A stretch of 64,000 nucleotides of DNA from the NCBI GenBank assembly GCA_025603075.1, contig MU626321.1, positions 44,990-108,989 on the forward strand, read 5' to 3'. The notes under the pieces were generated by a model. That model searched no databases. It was not told the origin of the DNA and saw only the letters and a list, made by a program, of their open reading frames with translations. Shown piece after piece: positions 22,466 to 35,871 of the stretch (its first letter is position 1; the number at the start of each line of letters is the position of its first letter). The translations under genes and the position numbers were made by a program. The stretch comes from Neoconidiobolus thromboides FSU 785 (Eukaryota > Fungi > Entomophthoromycota).

Positions 22466-24351
22466 ATGCAAAATGAAAGTAGCTTATTAGCCTTAGTACC
22501 TAGTGGGATGCTAATGATAGCACTTCAAGCTAGTTTATTCTATGTAGGGCGTTATTTTCTAGTACGTCAGTTGTATCAAGATTATGATATTCGAAAAGAA
22601 TCAGCATTGGGAGTACCGGCTTGGTTTTCGATTATTTTTTCATTGTCAGGTGGGCTGTGTGTATTGATGTTATTTGAAATTCTGGAGTGGATGCAAGAGT
22701 AAGAGCTGGATTTTTATTACCTATTATATAACTAATTTGTATAATAGCCTCCGAGTTTGGTATTGGAAGTTTTGTATAGGGGCCACATTACTGATGTTAA
22801 TTGTGATTTTGCCTTTGCTTCAAATTTATATGCTGACTAAAAAGCCATTTTCAGGTAATAAAGGAATTGATTCTACATAGCTTATAGCTAATAAATCTAG
22901 GTTTGACCCTTAAAGCAAAAATATCCGCTATTTCAGTATTGTGGCTAATATGGCTATCTCTGTTTTGGAAGATTGGATATGAAGAAAAGACCCCTTTTGG
23001 GTCTGTTGGTTTATGTAAGTTTTTAGTTCTCAATTAATTTTTAATAATTAATATTTTAGCGGAATGGATTTTTATCCAAAGTTTAACTCGAGTAGGGAAA
23101 GTAGGCGTAGGTTTAATCTCTGTATTATCTGGGTTCGGCGCCATTTATAACGCCTATACCTATCTACCTTTATTACAGTATATATATATTTGTGTTTTTA
23201 TATTGAGATTATTTATTTACTTTGTTAGCCAAGCTAATCTAGATGAAATCAATAAGAATGAGATTGAGCTTACAAATACCTTGCAAATAGTTAGCGAAAA
23301 ACAAAAACAATTAACTTTAGAATTAAGCCAATTTAAGGAAGAACAAAGAGTAACTTTATTTGTCTCCTTTAAATAATATATCTAATTTTTTTAGGGCAAT
23401 GAATCTGGATTCTTTACTTCAATGATAAATAATATATCCCAAGGATTAACTACAAGAAGTAAGCTTATTGCACTATCAAAATCACATTTAAATCTATTAT
23501 TTATTAGATTCTCAATCCGTACAAAGCGAAATTGATACCTTAGCGAATCTACAATCCCAAATAAGTTCTGAAGTTAATCAACTAAATAGAAGAAAGGTAT
23601 AATAGCTTTATCACAAAGAAAAATCAATTATATTTATAAATAGGATCGATTAAATCATTCTGGAACAGTTAAAGGAAAGGCCATGGATGCTTTAGGATAT
23701 ATATTTGGTGCTTATTGTATATACAGGATATTCATGGTAAAAAATATTATATCATAGCATACATATGCTAACAATGTTTAGTCTTTTATAAATATCATAT
23801 TAGATCGAAATGAAAAAACAGATCCAGTGACTATGGGATTATCTATTTTAGTAAAATTTTGGAACTTGAAACTGAATCAAAAGTTTTGGGCACAGCAGCT
23901 TAGTTTTGTTTTAATTGGAGTGTTGGTCGTATTTTCTATTCGTAGTCTATTAATTTATTTCATGAAGGTAAATCGTATTGATGGTAATACTAGTTAAGAA
24001 GCTTATGATAACATAATTTTAGCTTACTAAAGTATTTACATCTCAAACCTTAAGGGAAAATCTGATATTGTTTCTAGCGGAAACAATGGGAATGTATTTT
24101 TTAAGTACTGTTTTATTGATGCGATCGAACTTTCCAGAAAATTATAGGTAATTTTTAAGATATTGTTAAAAAATAGTACTAATAATATGCTTTTAAATAG
24201 AAATTCATTGAGTTTAGTTTTGGGTAATATTAGCTTTGATTTCTTTTACCGCTGGTTTGATTTGATATTTTTAATATCCTCTTTATTATCTATCGTTGTT
24301 TTGTATATTTCTCATAAACACTTTGAACTGGATTATGGGCTTGCCAACTAA
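22466..24351 (+). CDS. GPR89: Golgi pH regulator / GPR89 (GTG-like) protein, multi-exon
   Basis: RQLYQDY, LMLFEI, RVGKVGVGLISVLSGFGA, YCIYRIFM, DPVT, WAQQLSFVLIG, MGMYFLSTVLLMR, FFYRWFDLIFLISS, all joined by GT-AG introns. Confidence 0.92.
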
Positions 24352-24601
24352 GTTATTGTTCTATTTTAAATAGTAGATATTTCAAAAAATATATTAAACT
24401 TTTATCACTTTTGATTTTATTATTTTAATTATTAATGTAACTATCTATTTTTAAATACTAAAAATTGTTACTGTCTAATAGCAGTGTGGTGATGAATTGT
24501 TATTTATTTGAACTTCTCAGAATGAATTTAATTGGTTGACTTGTAGTACTAAAAATATAGTTTGTGATCTCTAATTTCATTTTTTTCAAATTTTATTTAA
24601 A

Positions 24602-25387
24602 ATGTTTTATTTGGTAAGCAAGCACAACAAAAGACGCAAAAAATAATACGGACTCCGTTTATGGCTGATTTAAATTAATATTAATAACCTAGAAACAATT
24701 ATCCCACACCATTCAACTACATCCCTCTTTCTTTGGCACAACATTAAGAAGCCAAATTCAAGAAAAAGTACATAATGATGTGGAAGGGAAATGCTCTGGA
24801 CTTTATGGGTATATAATATGTGTGGTAAGTTTGGCTGAGATTTCGAGTGGTAAAATTATACCAGGAAATGGGCTTGCTGAGTTTGATGTCAAATATAATG
24901 CCATTGTTTTAAAACCTATGAAAGGAGAAGTGGTCGACGCGGTGGTTGCAAGTGTGAACTCAGTAAGATAGACTAGTAGTTTTTTAAACTCTGATTTAAT
25001 AATATGAATAGCAAGGGTTCTTTGCAATGTGCGGACCATTGAGTATTTTTATTTCAAAAATAGTAAACTTTAATTACAAAGTTTTGTTTGATAAATTAAC
25101 TATGTAAATAGAATATACCCTCGAGATTTACTCATGATTCTGCAGGGATAAATAACTGTTTTAGTTTTGAGGATCAAGTAAAGTTTTAAAATATATCGAA
25201 AATAATATTTTTTATTGTAAATAAGGTTATTGGCAAAGATACAGCTATCCGAGTTAAAATTATATCTACTAGAGTTGATGCAAATGCGGTGGTAAATTTT
25301 TGGATTATTTATTGTTAAGATTCTGGAATTTTTTAGGTTGCTATTGGATCCATGTTAGATGATTATCTTGGTGTTATTAAAAGATAA
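24602..25387 (+). CDS. RPB7: RNA polymerase II subunit RPB7, multi-exon
   Basis: MFYL|KQLSHTIQLHPSFFG...VEGKCSGLYGYIICV...F.VKYNAIVLKPMKGEVVDAVV...GPLSIFIS...AIGSMLDDYLGVIKR*. Confidence 0.95.
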
Positions 25388-26039
25388 GTTCTTTGCTGAC
25401 CTGTAATGGCTTAATAACTAGTTCAATGGAAACACCTAAACTGAAGTTTTGATATCTTTAGAAAGTCATAACTTTAAGATATTAATATTTCCAATGCTCT
25501 GATAAAAAAATAAATATTTAAATTTGATACCTTTTTAATGGTATTTGTTAATTGTTATTGAAATATAGACTAAAAACTGTTAGAACAATCATTTTTGATA
25601 AGTCAAAACTTTAATAATTAAATTAAAGTACTACATAAAAGGAACCTTGAAACACAATATCATAAATATTATTTGAAAAGTTTTTTTGTTTGAATGGTGA
25701 TTGAAAGGTTTTAACTTTATTATACAATATCATGAATGTTCATGACATTAAATCTTATTTAGAAAATATTATAATTGACAGAATCACTTGTCTTAAAAGC
25801 TATTTTGTAATTCAATTTGATTTAATTTAATTTGAAGTATTGTATATATTTTAAATATATACAATAACATCACAGCACTAACTGTATAACTCTATTCAAA
25901 GCCTTTCCTTCTCACCTATTACTTACCAATTATATAAGTGGCTTAAAGGCTCATGAGGTCATATTTTAAAGAATATAATACTTAAAAACAAACCAAAAAC
26001 TCTTTTTTTCTATTTTACACTTAAATATCAGAGACAAGA

Positions 26040-28108
26040 ATGGGTTTTCGTTCAGCTCTAATCATGGGCCTATTGGGACTCGGATTTATATTTATAATTA
26101 TGAAATTAGGAGGGAACGAGATAGATAATGAAAATTATTACCTATTAAGGAGGGATAAAATAGAGGATTTTAGATTACCAGAGAACTCAAAAACATTTTT
26201 ATTTGAATTTAAGAAAAAGATAGCCTATTTTTCGGTTGGGGATGATAGTAGCAGCTTAGTTGATGGTTATTCAAACGGTAGGTAATTAATTCTAAACTTT
26301 AGCCACGCTAACAAACCGTCTAATTTTAGGAATTGTTTACTTTAGAAGTAAAGAAGAAACATTTGATCCAAGGGAGATTCAAGGTGAGTAAAGTTAAAAT
26401 AGTAATTTTTCGGTTAATTGTTTCATCTTAGAAAATACAAATACCTCAAATTGGAGTTATTGTCTAAAGCATAAATTACCTGGGGTATTTATAAATGCAT
26501 TTCATGATGAAAAGAATTCCATTATTACTGTACAGTATGAAATTAGAAAAGAGTTTAGTATAAAAACGGTTTTGAGAAATTATTATTTAAATGCCTTTGA
26601 AGGTAAGATTAATAAATAATGTTTATAAAGATTTATCGTTTTTACCAACTATGAGCAGTAATAGACAATCGATTTAAATATCGAGAGTATGAGTTACCGG
26701 GATATGGGTCAACGCAAGCATTAAATATCGTGAATGGAAAAGTCATTTATTCTAGGTAAGAGTTTTCAAATTGAGGTATAACATTAAGTAATGGAATTAG
26801 AAAAAATGATGAAAAGTTGTTTTATGTTGTTGAAATGGATAAAACATTCAAAGGTAAAAATGGTATAAAGCAAAGGTTTAATCGGGTTATTATTGGGCCT
26901 CCTAGTACCAGAAGGTTTAAATCAAAATCAGTTAATTTAAAACAGGCTGCTTATTCAAAGATAAATTATATCTTTTTAAGTGAATCTAAAGGGTAAACAG
27001 TATTGTATAATAAGTTTATAGTATTGGATTAATTTCTTGCCTTTTAGTGATGGCCTTTCTATTTTGGAAAGTTACCTAACAATCAAAGAACAAACTTTAG
27101 CTACTTTTTTATACATATGGAATTACAAAGACCTCACCGTGTATCAAACAAAAAAACGAAATGTATTTGAACAGCAATGTACTATTGTTGAAAATAGATT
27201 TAATTGGAAAGAAAACGATATTAGCGTAAATTTAAATCAGTTTTCAAATATTCTAATTCACTTTTAAATTATAGATAGTTAATAAGCTTACTCATGAATA
27301 TAATGAATATTACAATTCAGGATTTAATCCAAATAGTAAAAGCGTCTATTTTTCCTTATTAAATCGAGAACATTTGCCTGATATAAAATACTATGTGGAC
27401 TATGATAAGACATATATAACAATCCCATTTTATCGCAATTTGATTGAATTAGATAATAGTAATAAAGTATTAATGATAAACAACTATTTGTATGGTACAA
27501 GCCTACGTACCTCATTTATTGATGATGACACGCTCGAGCCAGATACATCGCATGATTGGAACCTTTATTTTGCTTCATCAAGCAAGATGATCAAGGTCAA
27601 TGATAATCGCACGTTTGTTGTTATTCAAACCCAGGATAGTCAGTTTTTAATATTTTCAAATCTTAATGGTATATATATTGTTATTTTTGTTAAATGAATT
27701 TAACTTGATTAGGATTGAGACGTAGTTCAGCATATGTTGGTGAAAGTAAAATTCACTCGTTTTATGGGGCGAAAAGTAAAGGGTTGAAAAGGTTTAAGTA
27801 TATTGGTAGAACTACTTCGTCAAAGGAAATATTGGCGTATTCATTATGGGATTTAGAAGAGTACACAATGCTAGGTAGGAGATTTGATTTTACTTTTTAT
27901 TTACTTATATATTATTTAGTTTCACTCTCAAAGGAGGGGACTTTATTTTATGGAAAGTTAGGGGAGCATCAGATTGTTTTTCAAAAGCCCTATATTACTA
28001 TAAAATCTATTAGTAAGTTTTTTCTATTTTTGGTCGCAGATGCTAACCTTGTTTTTAGCTATGCTTTTAGTTGTCGTACTGTTTTTGATTTATGAGGTTA
28101 AGACATGA
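26040..28108 (+). CDS. Orphan multi-exon protein with N- and C-terminal hydrophobic segments
   Basis: A chain of phase-compatible GT-AG exons from MGFRSALIMGLLGLGFIFIIM to ...KSITMLLVVVLFLIYEVKT* (TGA 28106-28108). Some internal junctions not fully verified. Confidence 0.6.
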
Positions 28109-28811
28109 TGTTAGAAAATAATAAACTTTTTTGTAATTAAGTCTGGCTTTTGAATGACTATAATTATCAGTATTGGTTTAGTGTTTATAGTTAGTTTTAA
28201 GGCTCCGCTTATCAGGGTTTTCAATTTAACTTGATATAAATATTATACAATATGTCGACATGATCAAAATAGTAATTGTCCGATTTTTAGATATTATAAT
28301 ATAATAAATAATCGGTGATAATTTCAATATTAATTGCTAATCTTGCTAAATTATCTTTTGATGTAATGAATTTTAAATGCTATTTAATCATTTTCAATGC
28401 TTTTCCAATTTTAGTTTATTGCCAATAAAGACACTATTAAAGCAGGATTATTTTTATAAGTCAATAGTATTTTACTTAAAGTAAAGATATTTTAAAAAAT
28501 TTAATAAAATAAAGTGTATGCTCAGTCATTTAGAAAATATACAGTAGAGGTATTATTGAATAATCGCTTTGGTCTTAACTTCCTTTGTTCATTTTTTATT
28601 TTATAATTATCTTATTTTCGAAAATGAATACACGTAATTAATTAACCTAGAAATCATTTAATTAAAATTTAATGTTCTTTAGCACTCTGGTTCGAAACTG
28701 AACATTAATAAATTGATAAAATTAATGAATTACTTTAAAAGGAAGTTCATAAACAATAAAAGCAAAGTTTGAAAATTGACTATTAATTATTTTTATTTAA
28801 TGAATACTTAA

Positions 28812-30452
28812 ATGGATGAGGATAGGCTACGACCTTTTCTATCCCCAGAGGCACAGCAGGACACTGCCGATTTAGATTCGCTGGCTTCTCTGATAAGCCA
28901 AAACAACTCGCCAGAAAACGTATTAGACACAACACCATTATTATATGAGGTAGGAGAAGAAGAGATAGACATAAGAAAAGTAAAGTGTTTAAGGACTAAG
29001 AAAGGACGTTATCTGAGTATAGCTTTGATCATTTGTTTTTTCTTAAGTTTATTTATCGCCTTGATCACATTACATTACAAATGGCAAAGGACAGATATCA
29101 AAACCATGGAGCCTGAAGCGAAGTTTGAAAATGGGATCTATGGCAAGATAAGGATACGAAAGATTAATATAAAAAGTAAAGCAGCCACGGTGTTTATTGA
29201 TTTTGGGATTGGTGACAAGTTGATGAAGTCAATCAAAAAGAGTAATCTAAAATTCTCATTTGATGAACAAGCTGAAATTGAATATGATGGTAAAGAATTC
29301 TTCATCTACGAGTTTAATGCTAAAAACAACAACTTTAAATTCCATTCTGGCACCAGCCTTTTTTATCCTTTTGATAAATATACTTACCCTTTGAAATCAA
29401 AAGCTGTGTTATCTAATAATCAAACTGTCCCAGTCTATTATTATTTGGACTCTTCCATCTTACTATTTCGTTCTAAAGTGGTTATAGCAAATAATAAAGC
29501 TACACTAGTAATACAGCGTTCAGCTACAACAATTATCATTACCATGTTATGTATGTTTATACTATGGGGTTTTGCCATTAGTTATTTTCTTCTGGCTTTA
29601 CGTATTGTTGTTTTTAAGAGAGATTTTTTATTACCAGATTTAAATTTAGGACTAAGTTTATTATTTAATGTAAATTCTTTAAGAAACATGATGCCTTCAG
29701 CACCAAAAATCGGTGTTTTGGTTGATATCATCTCAGTTCTGTGGTGTCTAGCATTGATTTCAATTGCAGTTGTTGGTATTCTTATCGCTGGTTGGATAAG
29801 AGAGATGTATCAATCATCCTCTCTTGAAATTATAAACACGACAAATTCGTTAGATGATACTCATCCTAGCCTCCCTTCTCCTGAAGTATTATCTATTGAC
29901 CAAAATGAAATAGTTTTTGAGCAGAATTTTGAGCAGGTTCAAACTCTTACGTCAGTCAGTATATTAAATTTAAATAGCGATTTCGAAGCTGAAATGGGGA
30001 TACAGTCTTCTTTGAACCGAGAATCGATACTTACAAAAAGTTACTCCCAATCTACAATGCTTAAAGATGAAATTAATATTTCTGAAGACCTCAACATTAA
30101 AGAGTTTAACTTTAATATTGAGCCTCCATCTATAATTGAAACTATTTCCAGGAAAAATGACTATTTTATGAAAGATGAGGCTCAAGGTAGCAGTGATGAA
30201 GAGGTCAAAGAGGCTGTTATTTTTGGAGATAAGTATGATGAGAACAATGATGCCTATTTTGAAAGTGATAATTTTTTAAAATTGAAGTTCGATGGTAATG
30301 ATAATGATAAAGAAAAATACAATTCAGGATCAACGATGGAGTTTATATATAAAGATTCAGTATTAGGAACTAAACTTGAAAATGTATTATCTGAAACACA
30401 GTTTAAGAATGAGTTGGAGTTGGAATTGAATCAAAATAAGATTTTAGACTAG
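28812..30452 (+). CDS. DUF4436-like membrane protein, intronless
   Basis: N-terminal TM, then a beta-rich domain with GTSLFYPFDKY, then QRS..TM, LLFNVNSLRNMMPSAPKIGVLVD and a W-containing TM, as in DUF4436; acidic tail. Confidence 0.7.
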   Translation: MDEDRLRPFLSPEAQQDTADLDSLASLISQNNSPENVLDTTPLLYEVGEEEIDIRKVKCLRTKKGRYLSIALIICFFLSLFIALITLHYKWQRTDIKTMEPEAKFENGIYGKIRIRKINIKSKAATVFIDFGIGDKLMKSIKKSNLKFSFDEQAEIEYDGKEFFIYEFNAKNNNFKFHSGTSLFYPFDKYTYPLKSKAVLSNNQTVPVYYYLDSSILLFRSKVVIANNKATLVIQRSATTIIITMLCMFILWGFAISYFLLALRIVVFKRDFLLPDLNLGLSLLFNVNSLRNMMPSAPKIGVLVDIISVLWCLALISIAVVGILIAGWIREMYQSSSLEIINTTNSLDDTHPSLPSPEVLSIDQNEIVFEQNFEQVQTLTSVSILNLNSDFEAEMGIQSSLNRESILTKSYSQSTMLKDEINISEDLNIKEFNFNIEPPSIIETISRKNDYFMKDEAQGSSDEEVKEAVIFGDKYDENNDAYFESDNFLKLKFDGNDNDKEKYNSGSTMEFIYKDSVLGTKLENVLSETQFKNELELELNQNKILD

Positions 30453-30591
30453 TTTCAGTATTGTATAGTTAATTTATCATTTTCATTTCTAGACTAATAT
30501 AATAAAATAATACTTCAATCATTACTTATCATTTTTGTTTGATTTAACTTATAGATACTTTGCTTTGTAACCAAAATGTAATTAAACATTT

Positions 30592-30688
30592 GGGGATGTA
30601 TTTTTGTATTTAAGAATTTTACTAGCAATTTTTTCACTTAAATAACGCTTAAAAGATGTAAAATAATGAAATCAAAAAAAACATCCCC
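30592..30688 (-). mobile_element. MITE copy 10
   Basis: Intact TIRs; TSD ATTT/ATTT. Confidence 0.9.
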
Positions 30689-30866
30689 ATTTGTTTATTG
30701 TTTAAACTGAAATTGACATAAGTAACATAGCTAACTATATTGGAATTTTTGATATTTCCTATACTATTTTTTAGAATTATTACATATATAAGGCCTAAGG
30801 ATGTTTAATAAATATTTAGGCTATACTTTTATATTTTATTATATCTTTATTTGTTTATTTGTTTAT

Positions 30867-30980
30867 GTGGAGGTGTTTTTTGGTTTCATCACTTTTTCCT
30901 TTTCTTAAGCGCTATTTGAGTGGAAAGATTAAAAATCTATAAAGGAATATTGAGAATGTATTTTTTGTTTAAGAATTTTG
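30867..30980. mobile_element. MITE copy 11: truncated A copy (to ~30928) plus an inverted fragment (~30952-30980)
   Basis: Partial family matches in both orientations; boundaries approximate. Confidence 0.7.
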
Positions 30981-31332
30981 GTGGTAATGTAGGTTCATGA
31001 TCTTAGTATAAGGGTCAAAACTTTAAAATGCTTCGTAACTCGTTATAGTTGCATGAACTATGAAAGCAATTTAATAAAGTGCTATTTGCATAAAAATATG
31101 TTTATCATTATTTATCATTGGTTTTTTATTTAGAAAATCTAATGAATTTTATAACAAAATATTTCGTTTAATAAAAGTCATTATAAGTAGAGTTAGGTGG
31201 GCCTTGATGTTAGCATCCTTGGTTCATCAAAATAAAAAACAAAGCCCAATTTTTAAGGTACTTTTATATGGAATTTTGAAAATATGTTTAAATTAAAATG
31301 GCTCGGCTTTATATGACTACAATTTATTTTTG

Positions 31333-31427
31333 TATGAATGTCTTTTTGTGTTTAAGAAATTATAAGTATTTTTTACATCTAAGACCAATCAAAAATGGAA
31401 AAAGCAATGAAATTAAATAAACACCCC
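31333..31427 (-). mobile_element. MITE copy 12 (degenerate)
   Basis: TTTAAGAAATT...AAAAATGGAAAAAGCAATGAAA...ACACCCC|ATAT. Confidence 0.65.
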
Positions 31428-31659
31428 ATATTATTTTGAATTTATTTTTATTTCAGCCATACAAAGTAATGTTAGTGTGATTACCTCACTCTAAAAGAAG
31501 TTGAATGAGTTTGAAGCAAATAATTGGTTGAAAAAGGGACTAAGAAAGTATGAAACTAAAAATAAGGCCAGTAAACTAGCATCTTTTTAATCACACTCAA
31601 AAGCAAATATCATAAAAAGCTAAAAACTAGTTTAAACTGCTTCTCAAAATTATATAAAG

Positions 31660-34471
31660 ATGAGGTTAGCTGTTTATGGTGGTATAAGCACTGCGCTTAC
31701 CGCTTTTGTTCTATACTCAACTTTTTCCCAAAGGTCCAACTTTTATACATCAGCTATTCAACTATCACAGTCTTCACCATCACTATTGGTAAATTTAATA
31801 ATCAAAAATAAAATCTTTTATATAAATGAAAATTAACTAATATTTTCTTATCTTAGATCTTATTAAATTTTGGTATCTTTACTACTTTAATGTTGGGAAA
31901 ATTGTTACAAGCAATCTTTTTTGGGCCATTAAGAGCAATTGAAGTTGAACATTTGTATGAGAGATCATGGTTTGCTGTGACTGAAACATGTTTAGCTATG
32001 ACTATATTTAGGGATGAATTTGATTCTCAATTTGTGGTTTTATTTATTTCATTATTATTTGTTAAAATTTTTCACTGGCTGTGTCAGGATCGAGTAGATT
32101 TTGTAAGTTTAGTCTTTTCTCATTTTCTCTAACTAATGTTTTAATAGATGGAACAGTCTGCAACTTTGCCTTTTCATTTTCATATTCGCATGACAGTTTT
32201 AATGATCAATTTATTGATCACTGACCTTCTTTTCGTTCTTTATACTGTGGATAACACCCTCACTATAGGCCCTACTATGTTAATTGTTTTTGGATTTGAG
32301 GTTACTATTTTACTTATTCGCTGTAATTTATTAACTTGTATTTAGTATGCTATTCTAGCAGCTGCTGTTTTGGCAACTTATTCAAAATATGTATTACACG
32401 TTATTGATTCTAGAACTGAAGAGACTTGGGAAAACAAGTCTTTGTATATTTTCTACCTTGAACTTATCATAGGTAAGCCCTTAAAGTAAAATTTTATTGT
32501 AATTAATTTTTCAAATAGATTTTATAAAATTGTTAATTTACATTATATTCTTTGGTATTGTTCTTATTCAATTTGGAATCCCACTTCATATTTTGCGTGA
32601 TATATACGTGACTTTGAGATCATTTTTACAGAAATGCCGTGATTTGATAAGGTATCGTCAAGCTACTCGCAACATGAATGAACGTTACCCAGACGCTACT
32701 CCAGAAGAATTGAGTAGAATGTCGGATCCTACATGTATTATTTGTAGAGAAGAAATGGTTCATCGAGACAATACTAATGTTCAAAGAGAGGGAAGGAATG
32801 AAGGATCGTCAGATATTCCTAAAAAGCTTCCTTGTGGACATGTATTTCACTTTAGTTGTTTACGCTCGTGGCTTGAAAGACAACAATCTTGTCCAACATG
32901 TCGTTCACCTGTTTTAAATGACTCCAACAGAAACAATCCACCACAACCTCCTACCCCCCCTCCTCCGCCAACACCACCAGCACCTGAGGATTATATTGAT
33001 CCATCATCAAGTCCCAATCAAAACAACTTTAGAGATTTAGTTGAAGATTCTATACATTACCCTGATCCACCGGTTAGGGGCAATCCATTTATCCCTACCA
33101 ATGATGAATTGAGATTTAATAATAATTATGGCAATCAACCTACTAGTAGTTCAACGCTTAGAAATAGATTTTCAAGCCAAAATAATTCAAATAGTCAACA
33201 TGCTGAATCAAGTGGGATTTATACTTCGTTTCCTCAACAATCATCTTCAAGAGCTACACAGGCTTTTGGAAATAATAGCTCCACAAACTCGGAGCAATCA
33301 ACTTACCAAGGTACAAGCATAAATCCATCTCAGCACCCAATTAGAGGAAATGACTTTTTTCCACAATCAACGAGTCAAGTCTCTTCGAATGCAGTAAACA
33401 TGACGTCAAATACGCCCAATAGCAACGCAGCTAGCTCTAATATGCAAACAAATACATTCTTAAGTCAAATGAGTACAGATACTAGAGATTCGAGAAGGCA
33501 TGTTGATGTCGAAAGTATCCTTGAAGATTTGAGATGGAATTCTTCGCAAAATGTTAATACTGGATCGAACTCAATTCCTAATGTTCCATCAATTTCAACA
33601 CCTAGTATTCCATCAACTAATAGACCTAATGCATATTCTGAGCATACACAATCATCAAGCAATATTTTTAGATCTAGTTCAAACTTGAACAGTGGTACTG
33701 CAAGCGATGTTAATGGCAGAGTAAGGTTTTAATAATAGTTTGGTTAAATAGTACTAATTTGTTTTCCAGACCAATCAAAATTTACAAAGTTTCTTGAATA
33801 ACACAGAGTTAGAGCAAAGTATCAACGTTGACAATTTACCTGAGCTGATTCCATTAGATGAGCCCTGGTTTGGTAGATCAGGCCGCCATGGGATTCCAGA
33901 TGTTCTACTACCACCAGAGCCATTAACCAGTGAAGAAATCAAGGTATTAGATAGCCACACTAGAGATGCGGTCGCCAAGAGATTGGATTTACTATGGCGT
34001 ATGCAGAAGCATTTAGCTAGTGTTGCTTCTGTGCTTACAGAATCTTTGGGCGAAACAGATTTAAATATGAATAACCCGAACCTTATTAATAGAATGCATC
34101 ACAACGATCAACATAATCCCAGACATCGTAGTGATGACCAACCAGCAAATATCCAGCCTATAGTTAATGATGAGCATGTTAGCCCAAGTCAAGATTTTAA
34201 TACTACTTCACAAAATACTACAGTAAATACATTTGGAGATACTAGTAGAAGGTTGGATAGCACACCCACAACAATTTCAGAACCAACTTTACCAAGAAAC
34301 CCATGGGCCCAAGGAGCGTTTGATAAATTTAACAAGGGAACGGATAATTCAATGCAAAAAAACGATCAGGACAATAGTCAATCAAATAATAATTCTGAAC
34401 AAATCGAACAAGAGAGTGGAGATAGTGACCAAGAGTTTGACGAAGTACCCCCTATGATTCCTTTAGAGTAG
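31660..34471 (+). CDS. HRD1: ERAD E3 ubiquitin ligase HRD1/synoviolin, multi-exon
   Basis: MRLAVYGG, FFGPLRAIEVEHLYERSWFAVTETCLAMTIFRDEF, RING-H2 CIICREEM...KKLPCGHVFHFSCLRSWLERQQSCPTCR, Pro/Ser-rich tail. Confidence 0.96.
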
Positions 34472-34814
34472 CTTATCATTTCTATTTTAACTAAAGTAAA
34501 AAATTAATTCTATTATTAAAAAGTAACCTGATTTAAACAGAGCACTGCTTGTTCAATATCAAATTAATTGTATACTCGCTAATTTCTACCTTTTGCTTAA
34601 TAAACTTTATTTGAAATGGGATTGTTCATACTCACCTGTTATTTTTTTAAGTGATTGGATGTAAGTCATCGAGAAGATTATACTGCTTCATTTTTATACA
34701 TTATAATATATAGGGGTTCTGGAGAGTTTTTATCTAAAATAACTCAGAAAAATAGTTACAAAAATAAAAACCATATCAATAGATAACTTTTTTTTACAAA
34801 TAATATTTGTATAT

Positions 34815-34912
34815 GGGGATGTATTTTTATGTTTAAGAATTTACTAACAATTTTTCCACTCAAATAGCACTTAAAGGATAGAAAAAGCAATAAAACCAAA
34901 AAAGACACCCCC
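34815..34912 (-). mobile_element. MITE copy 13
   Basis: TSD ATAT/ATAT. Confidence 0.9.
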
Positions 34913-35217
34913 ATATTCTTCTTTTTTGATTTTAAAGGTGATTTTTATTAGAAAATTCTGATTATGAAGTACCCTATTAAGTTAAATGAATATTAAGCCC
35001 TGAGGCCTTAATGAAACATTACAACCTATGTGATGAAAGCTCCGGTCTGCATCTTCATTATAGCATTTTGTTTTGTTTGATAAATTCTAAAATTTTAACA
35101 AAAACGTACCTTTTTGCAGCTATTGGAAATTCAAAATTAATTAAAAAAAAAGGTCTATTTATACTTTAAGTATTATATAAAAATAAATCCTTCAATATTG
35201 TAAGTTTATATACATAT

Positions 35218-35307
35218 TTGTATATTTTTTTGGTTTCATCACTTTTTCTATTTTTAAGCACTATTGAGCGGAAAGATTGTGGTAAAATTATTGAAAAATA
35301 CATCTCT
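35218..35307 (+). mobile_element. MITE copy 14 (diverged)
   Basis: Core match; ATAT on both sides. Confidence 0.75.
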
Positions 35308-35871
35308 ATATGAGGTTGTCTGAATTAGTTTCATTATTTTATCCAATTTTTGAAAAATTTTGTATTTTAAAAACTTCGCTTAAAATTCTATAAAATCAAA
35401 TTTTTTATTAAAATAAAAGTACCCAGACACAGATCTAAATCATTCTATTATAGTTTATACTATAAGTTAGTTGAATTTCTACTAGATCTTAAATACATAT
35501 TCTTATAAAACTTTATTGAGAAATATTTATTATCAACTGCTTTATAACCGATATTGCAAATTTGTTATCAAATAAATACTATTTTAGTGTTATAATTACA
35601 TTATTAATATATTGCCAAGTTAATAAGTAGCTGCATGGGATGGAGTGGTTAGCCTTAAAACTATAACTAACCATCCCTATATAGTACAGGCAATAATAGC
35701 TTTTACATATTATTACAGCTACTTGTTCTTTGACTATTTATTAACTTAACTGTTAATAACTTAAGTAATCTTAACATTTAACAATCTATTTCTATCATTC
35801 AGCAAACTACTTACTTGCTTAGTAAATATCGAAATTTTCAAATTTTCTGTTATCTTCGTGAGGTAAGCTGG

